Origin: an uncultured Oscillospiraceae bacterium
Lineage (GTDB): Bacteria; Bacillota; Clostridia; RUG12999
Reading direction: 5' to 3'
DNA length: 60,126 bases
Assembly (NCBI GenBank): GCA_964418245.1
Contig: CAYQKW010000007.1
Location: 1-60,126 of the forward strand
The notes beneath the pieces were generated by a model. That model was given only the letters and a program-made list of their open reading frames with translations, was not told the origin of the DNA and did not search any database. The translations under genes and the position numbers were made by a program. Shown here one piece after another: positions 1 through 9,216 of this stretch (position 1 is its first letter; each line of letters begins with the position of its first letter).

Positions 1-2297
1 ACGATTATGTTGCAAAACAGATTGAAATGTTCGGCGAAATGGCAAAAAAAGGTCTGATATACAAAGGTCTTAAACCGGTTTATTGGTGCAGCGACTGCGA
101 AACAGCTCTTGCCGAAGCGGAAATTGAATATCAGGACGATAAAACAGCAACAATTTACGTTAAATTCGATGTTGAAGACGGCAAAGGTATGTTTGACGGA
201 ATTGAAGAAAAAGTAAGTTTTGTTATATGGACAACAACAACTTGGACTCTTCCGGCTAACCTTGCAATATGTCTTAACAAAGATTTTGAATACAGCCTTG
301 TTAAGAACGGCGATGAAGCGTATGTCATAGCGACGGAACTTGTTGAAAAAGTTTGTGCCGATTCCGGTATAGAGAACTACAGCATTCTCAAAACCTTTAA
401 AGGCGGAGAACTTGAATATATAACCTGCCGTCATCCGTTCCTCGACAGAACATCTCTTGTTATAGTCGGCGACCATGTAACTCTCGATGCCGGAAGCGGA
501 TGCGTTCACACGGCTCCGGGACACGGTATGGAAGACTATCTTGTTTGCCTTAACTATCCGGAAATAGACAATGTTGTGCCTGTTGATGCGGCAGGATATT
601 TAACAGAAGATGCCGGGGAATTTGCCGGTATGTTCTATGCCGATTCAAACGAGAAAATCATAGAAAACTTAAAACAGACAAATCATCTCTTAAGCATGAA
701 AGAAATCGTTCACTCATATCCGCATTGCTGGAGATGTAAAAAACCTATTATATACAGAGCAACCGAACAGTGGTTCGCATCGGTTGAATCCATAAAAGAA
801 CAGGCACTTGAAGCCATTAAAAACGTTAAATGGATTCCGGCATGGGGCGAAAACAGAATTTCGAGCATGGTAAGCGAACGTAACGACTGGTGTATTTCAC
901 GTCAGCGTGCATGGGGTGTGCCTATACCGATATTCTATTGTAAAGACTGCGGAAAAGAACTTATAAACGACGATACGATTGCCGCAATTTCAAAACTGTT
1001 CAGAGAAAAAGGCCCTGATTCATGGTATACAATGGATGCATCCGAAATTCTTGACAGCGGCGTTAAATGTGAATGCGGATGTACAGAATTTACAAAAGAA
1101 ACCGATATTATGGACGTTTGGTTCGATTCCGGTTCTTCGCACGGTGCGGTTCTTGACCAGAGAGATTATTTGCAGTCGCCCGCGGATTTGTATCTTGAGG
1201 GCAACGACCAGCACAGAGGTTGGTTCCAGTCATCACTTCTTGTAAGCATAGCAACAAAAGGCGAAGCACCGTATAAATCGGTTCTCACACACGGAATGGT
1301 TGTGGACGAATCCGGCGACAAAATGTCGAAATCAAAAGGCAACGGAATTAATCCTCACGATGTTATAAAAACAAACGGTGCAGATATTCTGCGTATGTGG
1401 ATTGCCGCAGCCGATTACAGAACGGATGTTAAAATATCAAAAGTAATACTTTCGCAGCTTTCCGAGGGATACAGAAAAATCCGTAATACGGCAAGATATA
1501 TCATAGGAAATATCAGCGATTTCAATCCCGATACAGATGCGGTTAAATATGATGATATGCTCGAATTTGATAAATGGGCGCTTATAAAACTTAACGACCT
1601 TGTTAAAAAATCGCTTAATGCATATGATAATTTTGAATATCATGTGCTGTATCATTCGGTTGTTAATTTCTGTGTCGTTGATATGAGCAGCTTCTATCTT
1701 GATGTGCTTAAAGACAGACTTTATACCGAAAAAGCGGACAGCACGGCTCGCAGAAGCGCACAGACTGCAATGTATATCATTCTTGATGCGATTGTACGTC
1801 TTATGGCTCCCGTAATATCGTTTACGGCAGAAGAAATCTGGAGTTTTATGCCGCATTCAAAAGATTGCAACACGGAAAGCATATTCTTAAACGATATGCC
1901 GAAAGTGAACGATTTGTATAAAGATGAAAAAATCGAAGAAAAATATGCAAATATATTTGCTTTGAGATCAGACGTTCAAAAAGTGCTTGAAGCGGCAAGA
2001 AACGAAAAAACAATAGGAAAATCACTTGATGCCAAAGCTGTGCTTACGGCAAACGGTGCAAAATATGAGTTCCTTAAAAATGTTGAATCCGAACTTGCGG
2101 ATATGTTTATCGTATCTGAAGTTACAATTTCGGAAGGTGAACCCCAAAATGCCGGTGACTTCGGCGTGGGTATCGCAATAAGTGCGGCAGACGGCGAAAA
2201 ATGCGAACGCTGCTGGAAATTTGACAAAACAGTCGGTACGGACAGCGAACATCCAACGCTTTGCAAACGCTGTGCAGATGTTATTAAATTAATTTAA
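1..2297 (+). CDS. ileS: Isoleucine--tRNA ligase (5'-truncated by window edge)
   Basis: WTTT editing motif, GSGCVHTAPGHG, DWCISRQR, KMSKS, C-terminal CERCW...C..C zinc finger. Confidence 0.97.
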   Translation, partial: DYVAKQIEMFGEMAKKGLIYKGLKPVYWCSDCETALAEAEIEYQDDKTATIYVKFDVEDGKGMFDGIEEKVSFVIWTTTTWTLPANLAICLNKDFEYSLVKNGDEAYVIATELVEKVCADSGIENYSILKTFKGGELEYITCRHPFLDRTSLVIVGDHVTLDAGSGCVHTAPGHGMEDYLVCLNYPEIDNVVPVDAAGYLTEDAGEFAGMFYADSNEKIIENLKQTNHLLSMKEIVHSYPHCWRCKKPIIYRATEQWFASVESIKEQALEAIKNVKWIPAWGENRISSMVSERNDWCISRQRAWGVPIPIFYCKDCGKELINDDTIAAISKLFREKGPDSWYTMDASEILDSGVKCECGCTEFTKETDIMDVWFDSGSSHGAVLDQRDYLQSPADLYLEGNDQHRGWFQSSLLVSIATKGEAPYKSVLTHGMVVDESGDKMSKSKGNGINPHDVIKTNGADILRMWIAAADYRTDVKISKVILSQLSEGYRKIRNTARYIIGNISDFNPDTDAVKYDDMLEFDKWALIKLNDLVKKSLNAYDNFEYHVLYHSVVNFCVVDMSSFYLDVLKDRLYTEKADSTARRSAQTAMYIILDAIVRLMAPVISFTAEEIWSFMPHSKDCNTESIFLNDMPKVNDLYKDEKIEEKYANIFALRSDVQKVLEAARNEKTIGKSLDAKAVLTANGAKYEFLKNVESELADMFIVSEVTISEGEPQNAGDFGVGIAISAADGEKCERCWKFDKTVGTDSEHPTLCKRCADVIKLI

Positions 2298-2305
2298 AAT
2301 CAGGC

Positions 2306-2334
2306 ATCGGGCAGTTAAATTTTAACTGCCCGAT
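2306..2334 (+). terminator. Hairpin after ileS
   Basis: ATCGGGCAGTTAAA-T-TTTAACTGCCCGAT perfect inverted repeat; weak U-tract. Confidence 0.6.
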
Positions 2335-2357
2335 ATTCAAAAAAGGCGGTGTTAAAT

Positions 2358-4340
2358 ATGAAAATATTTTTAAAATCGGCAATAATTTTATCGGTATCCT
2401 TTTTAATTTTTACATTCTCGGCTTATGCCGAAACCATAATTGCTTCCGGAACTGTTTCCGGCATGAACTGGTCTTTGAATGATAACGGCGTTCTGACTGT
2501 TTCAGGAACAGGCGAAATGCAGTCTGAAGACGGCTACGCCCCGTGGGCTGGTTATTCGGATAAAATTACCTCCGCCGTAATATCAAACGGCATAACAAAC
2601 ATAAACTATATGAGCGGCTGTACAAATTTGCAGACGATAACAATACCGGAAACAGTGACATCAATTTCATACTGCGCATTCAAAGATTGCACCGGGCTGA
2701 CGGACATATCGCTGCCCTCAGGCGTAACAAAAATCAGCTTCAGTGCGTTTGAAAATTGTTCTTCCCTAAAAAACATAACGATACCGCAAAATATGACGTC
2801 AATTGAAAAAAATACTTTCAAAGGCTGTACTTCGATTGCCGAAATCGTTATTCCTGATACTGTGACGTCAATCGGCGATTACGCATTTTACGGCTGTACA
2901 GGAATAAAAAATCTCACTTTGGGCACAAAGCTTGAACAAGTCGACAAATATTCATTTGAAAACTGCACGGGAATCGAAAATCTATATTGGAACGCCGTAA
3001 ATCTTTGCCGGCACAGAGATGCTGTTCCATATTCAAAATCGCCGTTTGTAAACATTGGCACATCAACAGACGGTACAAACGTCATCTTCGGTGATACTGT
3101 GAAAAATATACCGGCATATGCGTTTGCCATCAGTTCAACACGCGGTCAGAATCTTGATAAATTCAAAATAAAAAGCATAACTGTCGGGCTTAATGTTGCA
3201 TATGTCGGCAAAGATGCTTTCATAAACATAAATTCATTGGAAAAGGTTTTGTGGAATGCCAAACACTGCAATGTAGAAACATATAATTTTAACAGTTCGG
3301 GAAACGGCGGAAAGGGGATAGATTTTATTTTCGGCGATACTGCGGAATACGTTCCGAGTTACATACTGTACGGTTTTGAATTATCAACAAGCCCGAATGT
3401 CAAAACTATCACCATAGGCAAAAACGTTACCGCTGTGGGTTCGTGTGCATTCGGAAATCTGCAGCGTACCATAACCGTATACTGGAATGCACGCAATGCC
3501 GAAATCGGAACAGGCTTATTTGCAACATACAGCAGTCTTTTAAGCCTTACTATTGTGTTCGGACCGGATGTTGAAAATATTCCCGTTGAAACGCCGGATA
3601 ATCTTGGAATGCTGGGTAATATTTCCGTTAGGAAAATCGTTATCGAGAGTAATATTACGGCAATTAAAGCCAATACTTTCAAAAATGCGAAATTATTATG
3701 GCATATCTATATTCCAAACAGCGTTAAAACAATTGAAAACGGCGCATTTGACTGCGATGAACTGCGTAATGTTTATTATTGCGGCACGGAGAACGAATGG
3801 AACAATGTTGAAATCGGGAAAAATAACGGAAGTCTGAAAACAGCCGAAATAAAATTTGTTCCCGACAGAAAAATATGTTTTTCAACCGATGGAAATATTT
3901 TCAAACAATATAACACAGCGCAGGAAAATGAGGTAAAAATCCCGTTTGATGTTCCAAAAAAATTCAGATATTCATTTGTCGGTTGGGCGGCTGACGAAGC
4001 AACAACTACAGTGTCTTATATGCCGGGAGATATAATCCCGTCCGGAACAGACGATATAACGCTGTATGCTATATGGGAAAAGAGTGCTTATACATCAACG
4101 AAAAAAACAACCGAAAACGGCAAAGATATTTTCACGGTTACTGCGCACGGCATACCCTTGAACGCCAAAGTGATTTTCATAACCTTTAAAAACGGAGCAA
4201 TTGCAGATGTTCAGTATAAAACAAACACAAACGAAGCAATGACGTTTTATACCGAAAATGATTATTCTTATGCTGCCGTTATGTCGGTTGATAAATTTGA
4301 CAGCCTGATACCTTTCAGCTGCATTGAAAAAATCGAGTAA
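2358..4340 (+). CDS. Secreted BspA-type leucine-rich repeat (LRR_5) surface protein with InlB B-repeat-like domain
   Basis: Signal peptide ending AYA; repeated LxxIxIPxxVTxIxxxAFxxC; PKKFRYSFVGW...DITLYAIW segment. Confidence 0.85.
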   Translation: MKIFLKSAIILSVSFLIFTFSAYAETIIASGTVSGMNWSLNDNGVLTVSGTGEMQSEDGYAPWAGYSDKITSAVISNGITNINYMSGCTNLQTITIPETVTSISYCAFKDCTGLTDISLPSGVTKISFSAFENCSSLKNITIPQNMTSIEKNTFKGCTSIAEIVIPDTVTSIGDYAFYGCTGIKNLTLGTKLEQVDKYSFENCTGIENLYWNAVNLCRHRDAVPYSKSPFVNIGTSTDGTNVIFGDTVKNIPAYAFAISSTRGQNLDKFKIKSITVGLNVAYVGKDAFININSLEKVLWNAKHCNVETYNFNSSGNGGKGIDFIFGDTAEYVPSYILYGFELSTSPNVKTITIGKNVTAVGSCAFGNLQRTITVYWNARNAEIGTGLFATYSSLLSLTIVFGPDVENIPVETPDNLGMLGNISVRKIVIESNITAIKANTFKNAKLLWHIYIPNSVKTIENGAFDCDELRNVYYCGTENEWNNVEIGKNNGSLKTAEIKFVPDRKICFSTDGNIFKQYNTAQENEVKIPFDVPKKFRYSFVGWAADEATTTVSYMPGDIIPSGTDDITLYAIWEKSAYTSTKKTTENGKDIFTVTAHGIPLNAKVIFITFKNGAIADVQYKTNTNEAMTFYTENDYSYAAVMSVDKFDSLIPFSCIEKIE

Positions 4341-4396
4341 TAATATAAAATTGTAAGTACGAACATATTCAATGCATAATACATAATTATTGCTTG

Positions 4397-4436
4397 CACA
4401 AACTCGTAGGGGCGGACGACTCTGTCCGCCCGAAAA
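4397..4436 (+). repeat. GTAG-type REP-like element, copy 1
   Basis: GTAGGGGCGGACGACTCTGTCCGCCCG: GTAG followed by GGGCGGAC/GTCCGCCC hairpin; near-identical copy at ~36720. Confidence 0.7.
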
Positions 4437-4554
4437 TCATGGCACAAACCGCCGTAACATTCACAAACATATTCGCTTGAATCATTACGCATTGAATGTG
4501 GATTTGTGCAATGCACCGGCTTTCTTATTTTCAATTGCGAATATACATAAAAAT

Positions 4555-4582
4555 AACAGAACCGCAGTACGACGGTTCCGTT
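4555..4582. terminator. Hairpin between convergent genes
   Basis: AACAGAACCG...CGGTTCCGTT next to the stop of the SLH gene. Confidence 0.5.
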
Positions 4583-4590
4583 ATCAAAAA

Positions 4591-7104
4591 TCAATATAAC
4601 TCGTATAATATTTTAACGGCTTCGGCACGGGTTATACCCAAAAGCGGTTGAAGGCTGCCGTCGGGATAGCCGGAAACCACACCGTTTGCAAGCATTATAC
4701 GAAAACTTTCGTATGCCCACGACGGGACGGATTTTTCATCTGTTGCCGATATATCACATTGCAGCAGTCCCGGTTCAAGTGTACGGGCGAGTATTGTAAC
4801 GGCTTCGGCACGTGTCAAAACATCATTCGGACTGAACGTCACACTGCCGTCCGGCTGAGTTTTTCCGCTTATTATTCCGTTTGCCGCAAGTGCGGCAATT
4901 TCTTTTTTTGCCCACGACGGAATCATGCTGTCGTCCGCAAACCCCGGTGCCGCGGTTGATGTGAGTTTCAGCATACGTGCCGTCATCACGGCAAACTGTG
5001 CACGTGTTACGGTATCTGACGGTTTGAATTTTATGCTTCCGCCTTCCTCCATTCCGTTTACAATATTTTCTCCGCACATATAGGTTATATAATCTTTTGC
5101 CCAGTTTTCCGAAATATCGGGGAAAGTATATTCCTCTGCCGGTTTTCCACAGGTATATCGGAATAATCCCGTTTTTCCGACATTATTTGTTATCTTCAGC
5201 TTGATTTTATGCATACCGCCGTAGGGAACGGAAACAGATACCTTTCCGTCGGATAATTCTGACGATACCGAATTTGAATCGATATACGCTTCAGCCTTTT
5301 CGGCGGTGTATAAATAATCATTTGTAATTGTAAATACAATTTTCCCGTCGTTTTCTTCAAAATATCCATCCGGATATTTTTTTGTTTCATAAATATCACC
5401 GTCATCAACAGAAACGCTTATCCACACGGTTTTATCGCCCGCGGTGACGTTTATGCTTCCGTCACATATACTTTCGCCGGCGGTGAATGTGCCGTATTCA
5501 TCAATATTACCCACGTTTTCAAAAGTTTTCCACGTATACAGTTCATCGGAAGAAACAAGCGCTTTGTTGCCCAAGCTTGAGGAAGCGGTCAAAGATACCG
5601 TTTCTCCCGGGCGAACCGAAATATTTGTGACAATTTTGTTTGTCGCTTCGTTTCTAACCGTTATTGAATCGGGTGTTTTATAACACGAAAATTGTGTTTC
5701 TCCTTTTGCGCCGCTTTCGGAAACTCCGGTTACTGTTACCTTGCCATCTTCAATCAAAGTAAGTGTACTTCCGTTGAACTCTCCGCCGTCGGCAGTCAGT
5801 TCAACCGCGTCCGTTACCGTCACGGGATAGCCGTTTTCGTCACTTCCGTATATCAATATATTTTCTTTTGCGCCGGAAAGATAATTTCCGCCATTCGGAT
5901 AAAGATTTAATGCATGAAGATTTCCGGACGGTTCTTTTGTGTTGAGCAACGCCACAAACGTTGAAACGGCACGTTCGACGCCGTCGGACGGACTGTTGAA
6001 CCGCACGGTTTCGCCCGTTCCCGGCATTGTTCCCAATATTGATGTACTGCCGCCGCCGTCAAGATTTACCGCATATTTACAACCAAGCTCCAGCAATCGT
6101 TTTGAAACGGTTTTTATACGCGCACCGTAGCTGTAGCCGCTTTGTCGGCCGTCAATTGCATAAAAAATCACTGTTCCGTCATCTTTAATTCCGATTGCCG
6201 TTCGCGGTGCGGCGGAATCGTCCAAATCTTGTATAACACCGTCAGAAATCATAAGTCCTCCGGTACAGCCCATTGCATAAACCGCTTTTTCCCAGCGTTC
6301 GTCCGACACGCACGAATTCACTATACTCACCTTTTGCCCGGCGGCAAAACGGCTTATGTGATTTATTGCCTCTTCGGGTGCTGTTACATCGCACACAAGC
6401 ACAAGTTTGTTTGCCGGTATATCGATTGAACTGTTTGTTATACCGACTTCCTCAACAATACCTGTAACGGTTTCGCCGATTTTCAGTTCACCCTCGACGT
6501 TGCCGATAATCACATTCACACTTCTTTTTGTTGCCGTTGTGGTTGAGGCATAGTTACTGTTCAGCATATATATTTGATATGGCTGCGGATATTTATTTAT
6601 ATTGTATATCGGTATTGTATCTTCTTCATCGTTTATGCGGATTGACGTGTGAATCTGCATCGGTGCGACAAAAGCTGTTCCATCGGCAAAAAAACCTATA
6701 CCGTCTTTATACGTACTGTCTTTTGAAACTATTTCGCCGTTCATTATGAGATTGCTCATGGGGACACCTGTCTTAAAAGAGAAAAAATCGGCATTCATCG
6801 CCATAAGCGGATACATCCCCAAATTTTTAAGGCGTTCCGCTTCTTTGGATATTGTTTGTTTTCCGTATACGCTCCCCCCGTTTGTTATAACCGGAGTTAT
6901 TCCGTCCTGCGGTGTGTATTCATAATAAAATTCGGTCTGTTCGCCGACACCGCTCTGGTCGCTGAAGAATACGTTTTTGTTATAGTATAAACCATCGGCA
7001 ACAGAAATGCGCGAAGTTAAAATTGTTTCGCTTCCGAGTACCGAGGCATTTGCATTTGCTGTGAATAAAACAAAAATTGTCAAAAAAACAACAAACCTTT
7101 TCAT
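4591..7104 (-). CDS. Phosphodiester glycosidase (NAGPA-like) family protein with C-terminal SLH domains
   Basis: Signal peptide; NADFF, APRTAIG, DGRQ, NLDGGGS motifs; three SLH repeats (TRAQFA/TRAEAV). Confidence 0.88.
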   Translation of the reverse strand: MKRFVVFLTIFVLFTANANASVLGSETILTSRISVADGLYYNKNVFFSDQSGVGEQTEFYYEYTPQDGITPVITNGGSVYGKQTISKEAERLKNLGMYPLMAMNADFFSFKTGVPMSNLIMNGEIVSKDSTYKDGIGFFADGTAFVAPMQIHTSIRINDEEDTIPIYNINKYPQPYQIYMLNSNYASTTTATKRSVNVIIGNVEGELKIGETVTGIVEEVGITNSSIDIPANKLVLVCDVTAPEEAINHISRFAAGQKVSIVNSCVSDERWEKAVYAMGCTGGLMISDGVIQDLDDSAAPRTAIGIKDDGTVIFYAIDGRQSGYSYGARIKTVSKRLLELGCKYAVNLDGGGSTSILGTMPGTGETVRFNSPSDGVERAVSTFVALLNTKEPSGNLHALNLYPNGGNYLSGAKENILIYGSDENGYPVTVTDAVELTADGGEFNGSTLTLIEDGKVTVTGVSESGAKGETQFSCYKTPDSITVRNEATNKIVTNISVRPGETVSLTASSSLGNKALVSSDELYTWKTFENVGNIDEYGTFTAGESICDGSINVTAGDKTVWISVSVDDGDIYETKKYPDGYFEENDGKIVFTITNDYLYTAEKAEAYIDSNSVSSELSDGKVSVSVPYGGMHKIKLKITNNVGKTGLFRYTCGKPAEEYTFPDISENWAKDYITYMCGENIVNGMEEGGSIKFKPSDTVTRAQFAVMTARMLKLTSTAAPGFADDSMIPSWAKKEIAALAANGIISGKTQPDGSVTFSPNDVLTRAEAVTILARTLEPGLLQCDISATDEKSVPSWAYESFRIMLANGVVSGYPDGSLQPLLGITRAEAVKILYELY

Positions 7105-7121
7105 TCTGCCAAAACCCTCCG

Positions 7122-7211
7122 AAAAAAATATTACGGTCTTGCCTTGATTTATTGAAGAAACACCTGCATATTGCAAACCTGCCGCAGTATCGTCAAGGAC
7201 TTACGTAACCT
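7122..7211 (-). ncRNA. Candidate structured leader RNA/sRNA ending in U7
   Basis: Nested pairings GUUACG/CGUAAU, GUC/GAC, CUUGA/UCAAG directly downstream of a consensus promoter. Confidence 0.4.
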
Positions 7212-7217
7212 CATATA

Positions 7218-7246
7218 ATTATACCACATTATTTGTTAAATTGCAA
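7218..7246 (-). promoter_or_regulatory. SigA-type promoter
   Basis: TTGCAA-17-TATAAT with TG extension. Confidence 0.6.
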
Positions 7247-7573
7247 TAGTTTCAAGAAAATTACCATTTTTATTCTGTTAAGGCAGGTTTCTGCTCTGCC
7301 CGTCAAGCTCTCATATATCTTATACAACCATTACAGATTTACATATAATGCATATCAATGTATGCAATTCCGGATTAACTCAACACTTCACACCAATCAC
7401 CAAAACCATGTCCGCCCGTTAATTTTTAATTCAGCAAACTTTGCCCAACGGCGAGCACTGACAAAAATCCGTCATTGCTCGCCGTTTTCGGTTTTATGTT
7501 TGATAATTTGTTTCTTCATCGGCAATCAGCCGAGCTTTGTTTACCGCAAAAAGACGATTCACGGCATTGCGGA

Positions 7574-8194
7574 TTAATATCCGACATTTTCTTCAACAAA
7601 GATAATTTTAATTCTGCCCGGCGTTCTTTGTCTGCCGGACACAACATAGTTTGCGCATATTCTGTTATTTGACGCACAACCGTGACCTATTTCGCCGGAT
7701 ATGCATTCTCCCGTTTCGGCACAGTACGTTCGGCAAGACAATCGGTTTGCGTTTTTCGGTGCCGCAATATTTTTGACACGCTTTATCGCTTCGTCAATAT
7801 TTTTGACAATTTTGTTTATTCCGACAATCATAATTACGGATTTGGGACCATAGCAAATTGCGGCAACTCTGTTGCTGTTGCCGTCAACATTATACAAGAG
7901 CCCATCTTCGGTTACGGCGTTGCAGCTACAGAAATACGTATCGGCATCAAAAGAATCGAGATAAGTCTGCCGAACGTCTATTCCCTCTTTGTAACGGTCG
8001 ATAAAATTATACTTACCTTTTCTCAAAAAATCAATCACGCCGCATTCAAAAAGCGACATCGAGCCGCCGAGTGCAACCGTTTCGCCGGGCTTGAGCAGTG
8101 TTTCAACCAAAGGCACAACATCTTCTTTTGTTTTTACAAGAAATGATGTTATATTGTTTTTTTCAAGATTTTTGATTACATTTTCTATGTTCAT
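7574..8194 (-). CDS. LUD-domain lactate utilisation protein (YkgG/LutC-like)
   Basis: GGSMSL, NAVTEDG..NVDGNSNRVAA, G.NKIV motifs, C-terminal Cys cluster. Confidence 0.85.
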   Translation of the reverse strand: MNIENVIKNLEKNNITSFLVKTKEDVVPLVETLLKPGETVALGGSMSLFECGVIDFLRKGKYNFIDRYKEGIDVRQTYLDSFDADTYFCSCNAVTEDGLLYNVDGNSNRVAAICYGPKSVIMIVGINKIVKNIDEAIKRVKNIAAPKNANRLSCRTYCAETGECISGEIGHGCASNNRICANYVVSGRQRTPGRIKIIFVEENVGY

Positions 8195-8279
8195 ATTTTT
8201 TGTCCTTTCTGTCTGAATATTTACACATGCCGAAAACTTAAAACATGGATAATTGCATGTCCCTGTCACAGAATATAAA

Positions 8280-8611
8280 TTATTTTGCTTTATTGTACAA
8301 TTCTTCATTTGCATAAGCACATAAATTCAATGTTTTTTCAGTCTTAATCAAATCATTAATGCTTATATTATCGGCGCATTTTTTTAAATCAAGTCTTTGC
8401 AGAACTTTTTTTGTATACGGACGTTTTGCATCTTTAAACGATATACTGTATAAAAAATCGCGAACTTTTTCGCAATTGAGCAAAAGCATACAGATATATG
8501 CCGTATCTGCCCTTGCTTTTTTTGAGTTACAATTACATATTTTTCAAAATTATCTTTTATTATTGCTTTTTTGAAACTGCTGCTCTTCATTAGCGGATTA
8601 CTTAAAATCAA
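8280..8611 (-). pseudogene. C-terminal remnants of a DNA methyltransferase
   Basis: Two out-of-frame fragments (MKSSSFKK..YVIVTQKK; LLNCEKVRDFL.SISF.DAKRPYTKKVLQRLD) resembling C-termini of R-M methyltransferases; no SAM-binding or catalytic motifs remain. Confidence 0.55.
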
Positions 8612-9198
8612 TATTGTAATGCATTGCTTATTGTCAAATACCCTTGTTTCGGTTTTTTACTTAATATTTCTTCCGACAGATTATTGTAAACAATTTCATC
8701 TCCGGGAATATTTCTGTCCATCAGAAAACCCGCAATATCTTCTTTGTTTGCCCCGTCGTCAAGCATTTCTCTCAAACGTTTTGTAATCGTGAAATCCGCA
8801 GTACGTGAATTATCTATAAATGCACAATATTTAAAATCAAGTTTACACGTGTCATAAGTATCTTTTTTGTCATAAACAAAAATAAGAAGATTATATCCCA
8901 AGCCGTATATTTTTTGCCTTGCATTTTCAAACGGGCAAGATGACTGCGGCTGTTTTAATGATGTAACTTTAATATCTGTCATGATACTCAAATCCGGCAA
9001 ATCAATACCTTTTGCCGAGCTTCCCGTTTACACTTCGTACTTTTGTTTCAGATACTTTTGAAACAGATGTTCAATATACGTACCAACCGCTTTACCGTCC
9101 GTAACACCTATTAAATCGGCGTGGTTAAACTTAGATTGGTCAATGCAAAACAATGCGGCTTCTTTCTTTAAATCTTCAAGTGTAATATGTTGTTTCAT
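8608..9198 (-). pseudogene. Type II restriction endonuclease pseudogene (NspV-like family, recalled from memory)
   Basis: ATG at 9198 gives GVTDGKAVGTYIE..., in-frame TAA at 9030-9028, then GIDLP..DIKVTS..QPQSSCPF..ARQKIYGLGY...YLTISNALQ; truncated C-terminus. Confidence 0.75.
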
Positions 9199-9216
9199 TT
9201 TCACCGCTCCGTTTTT

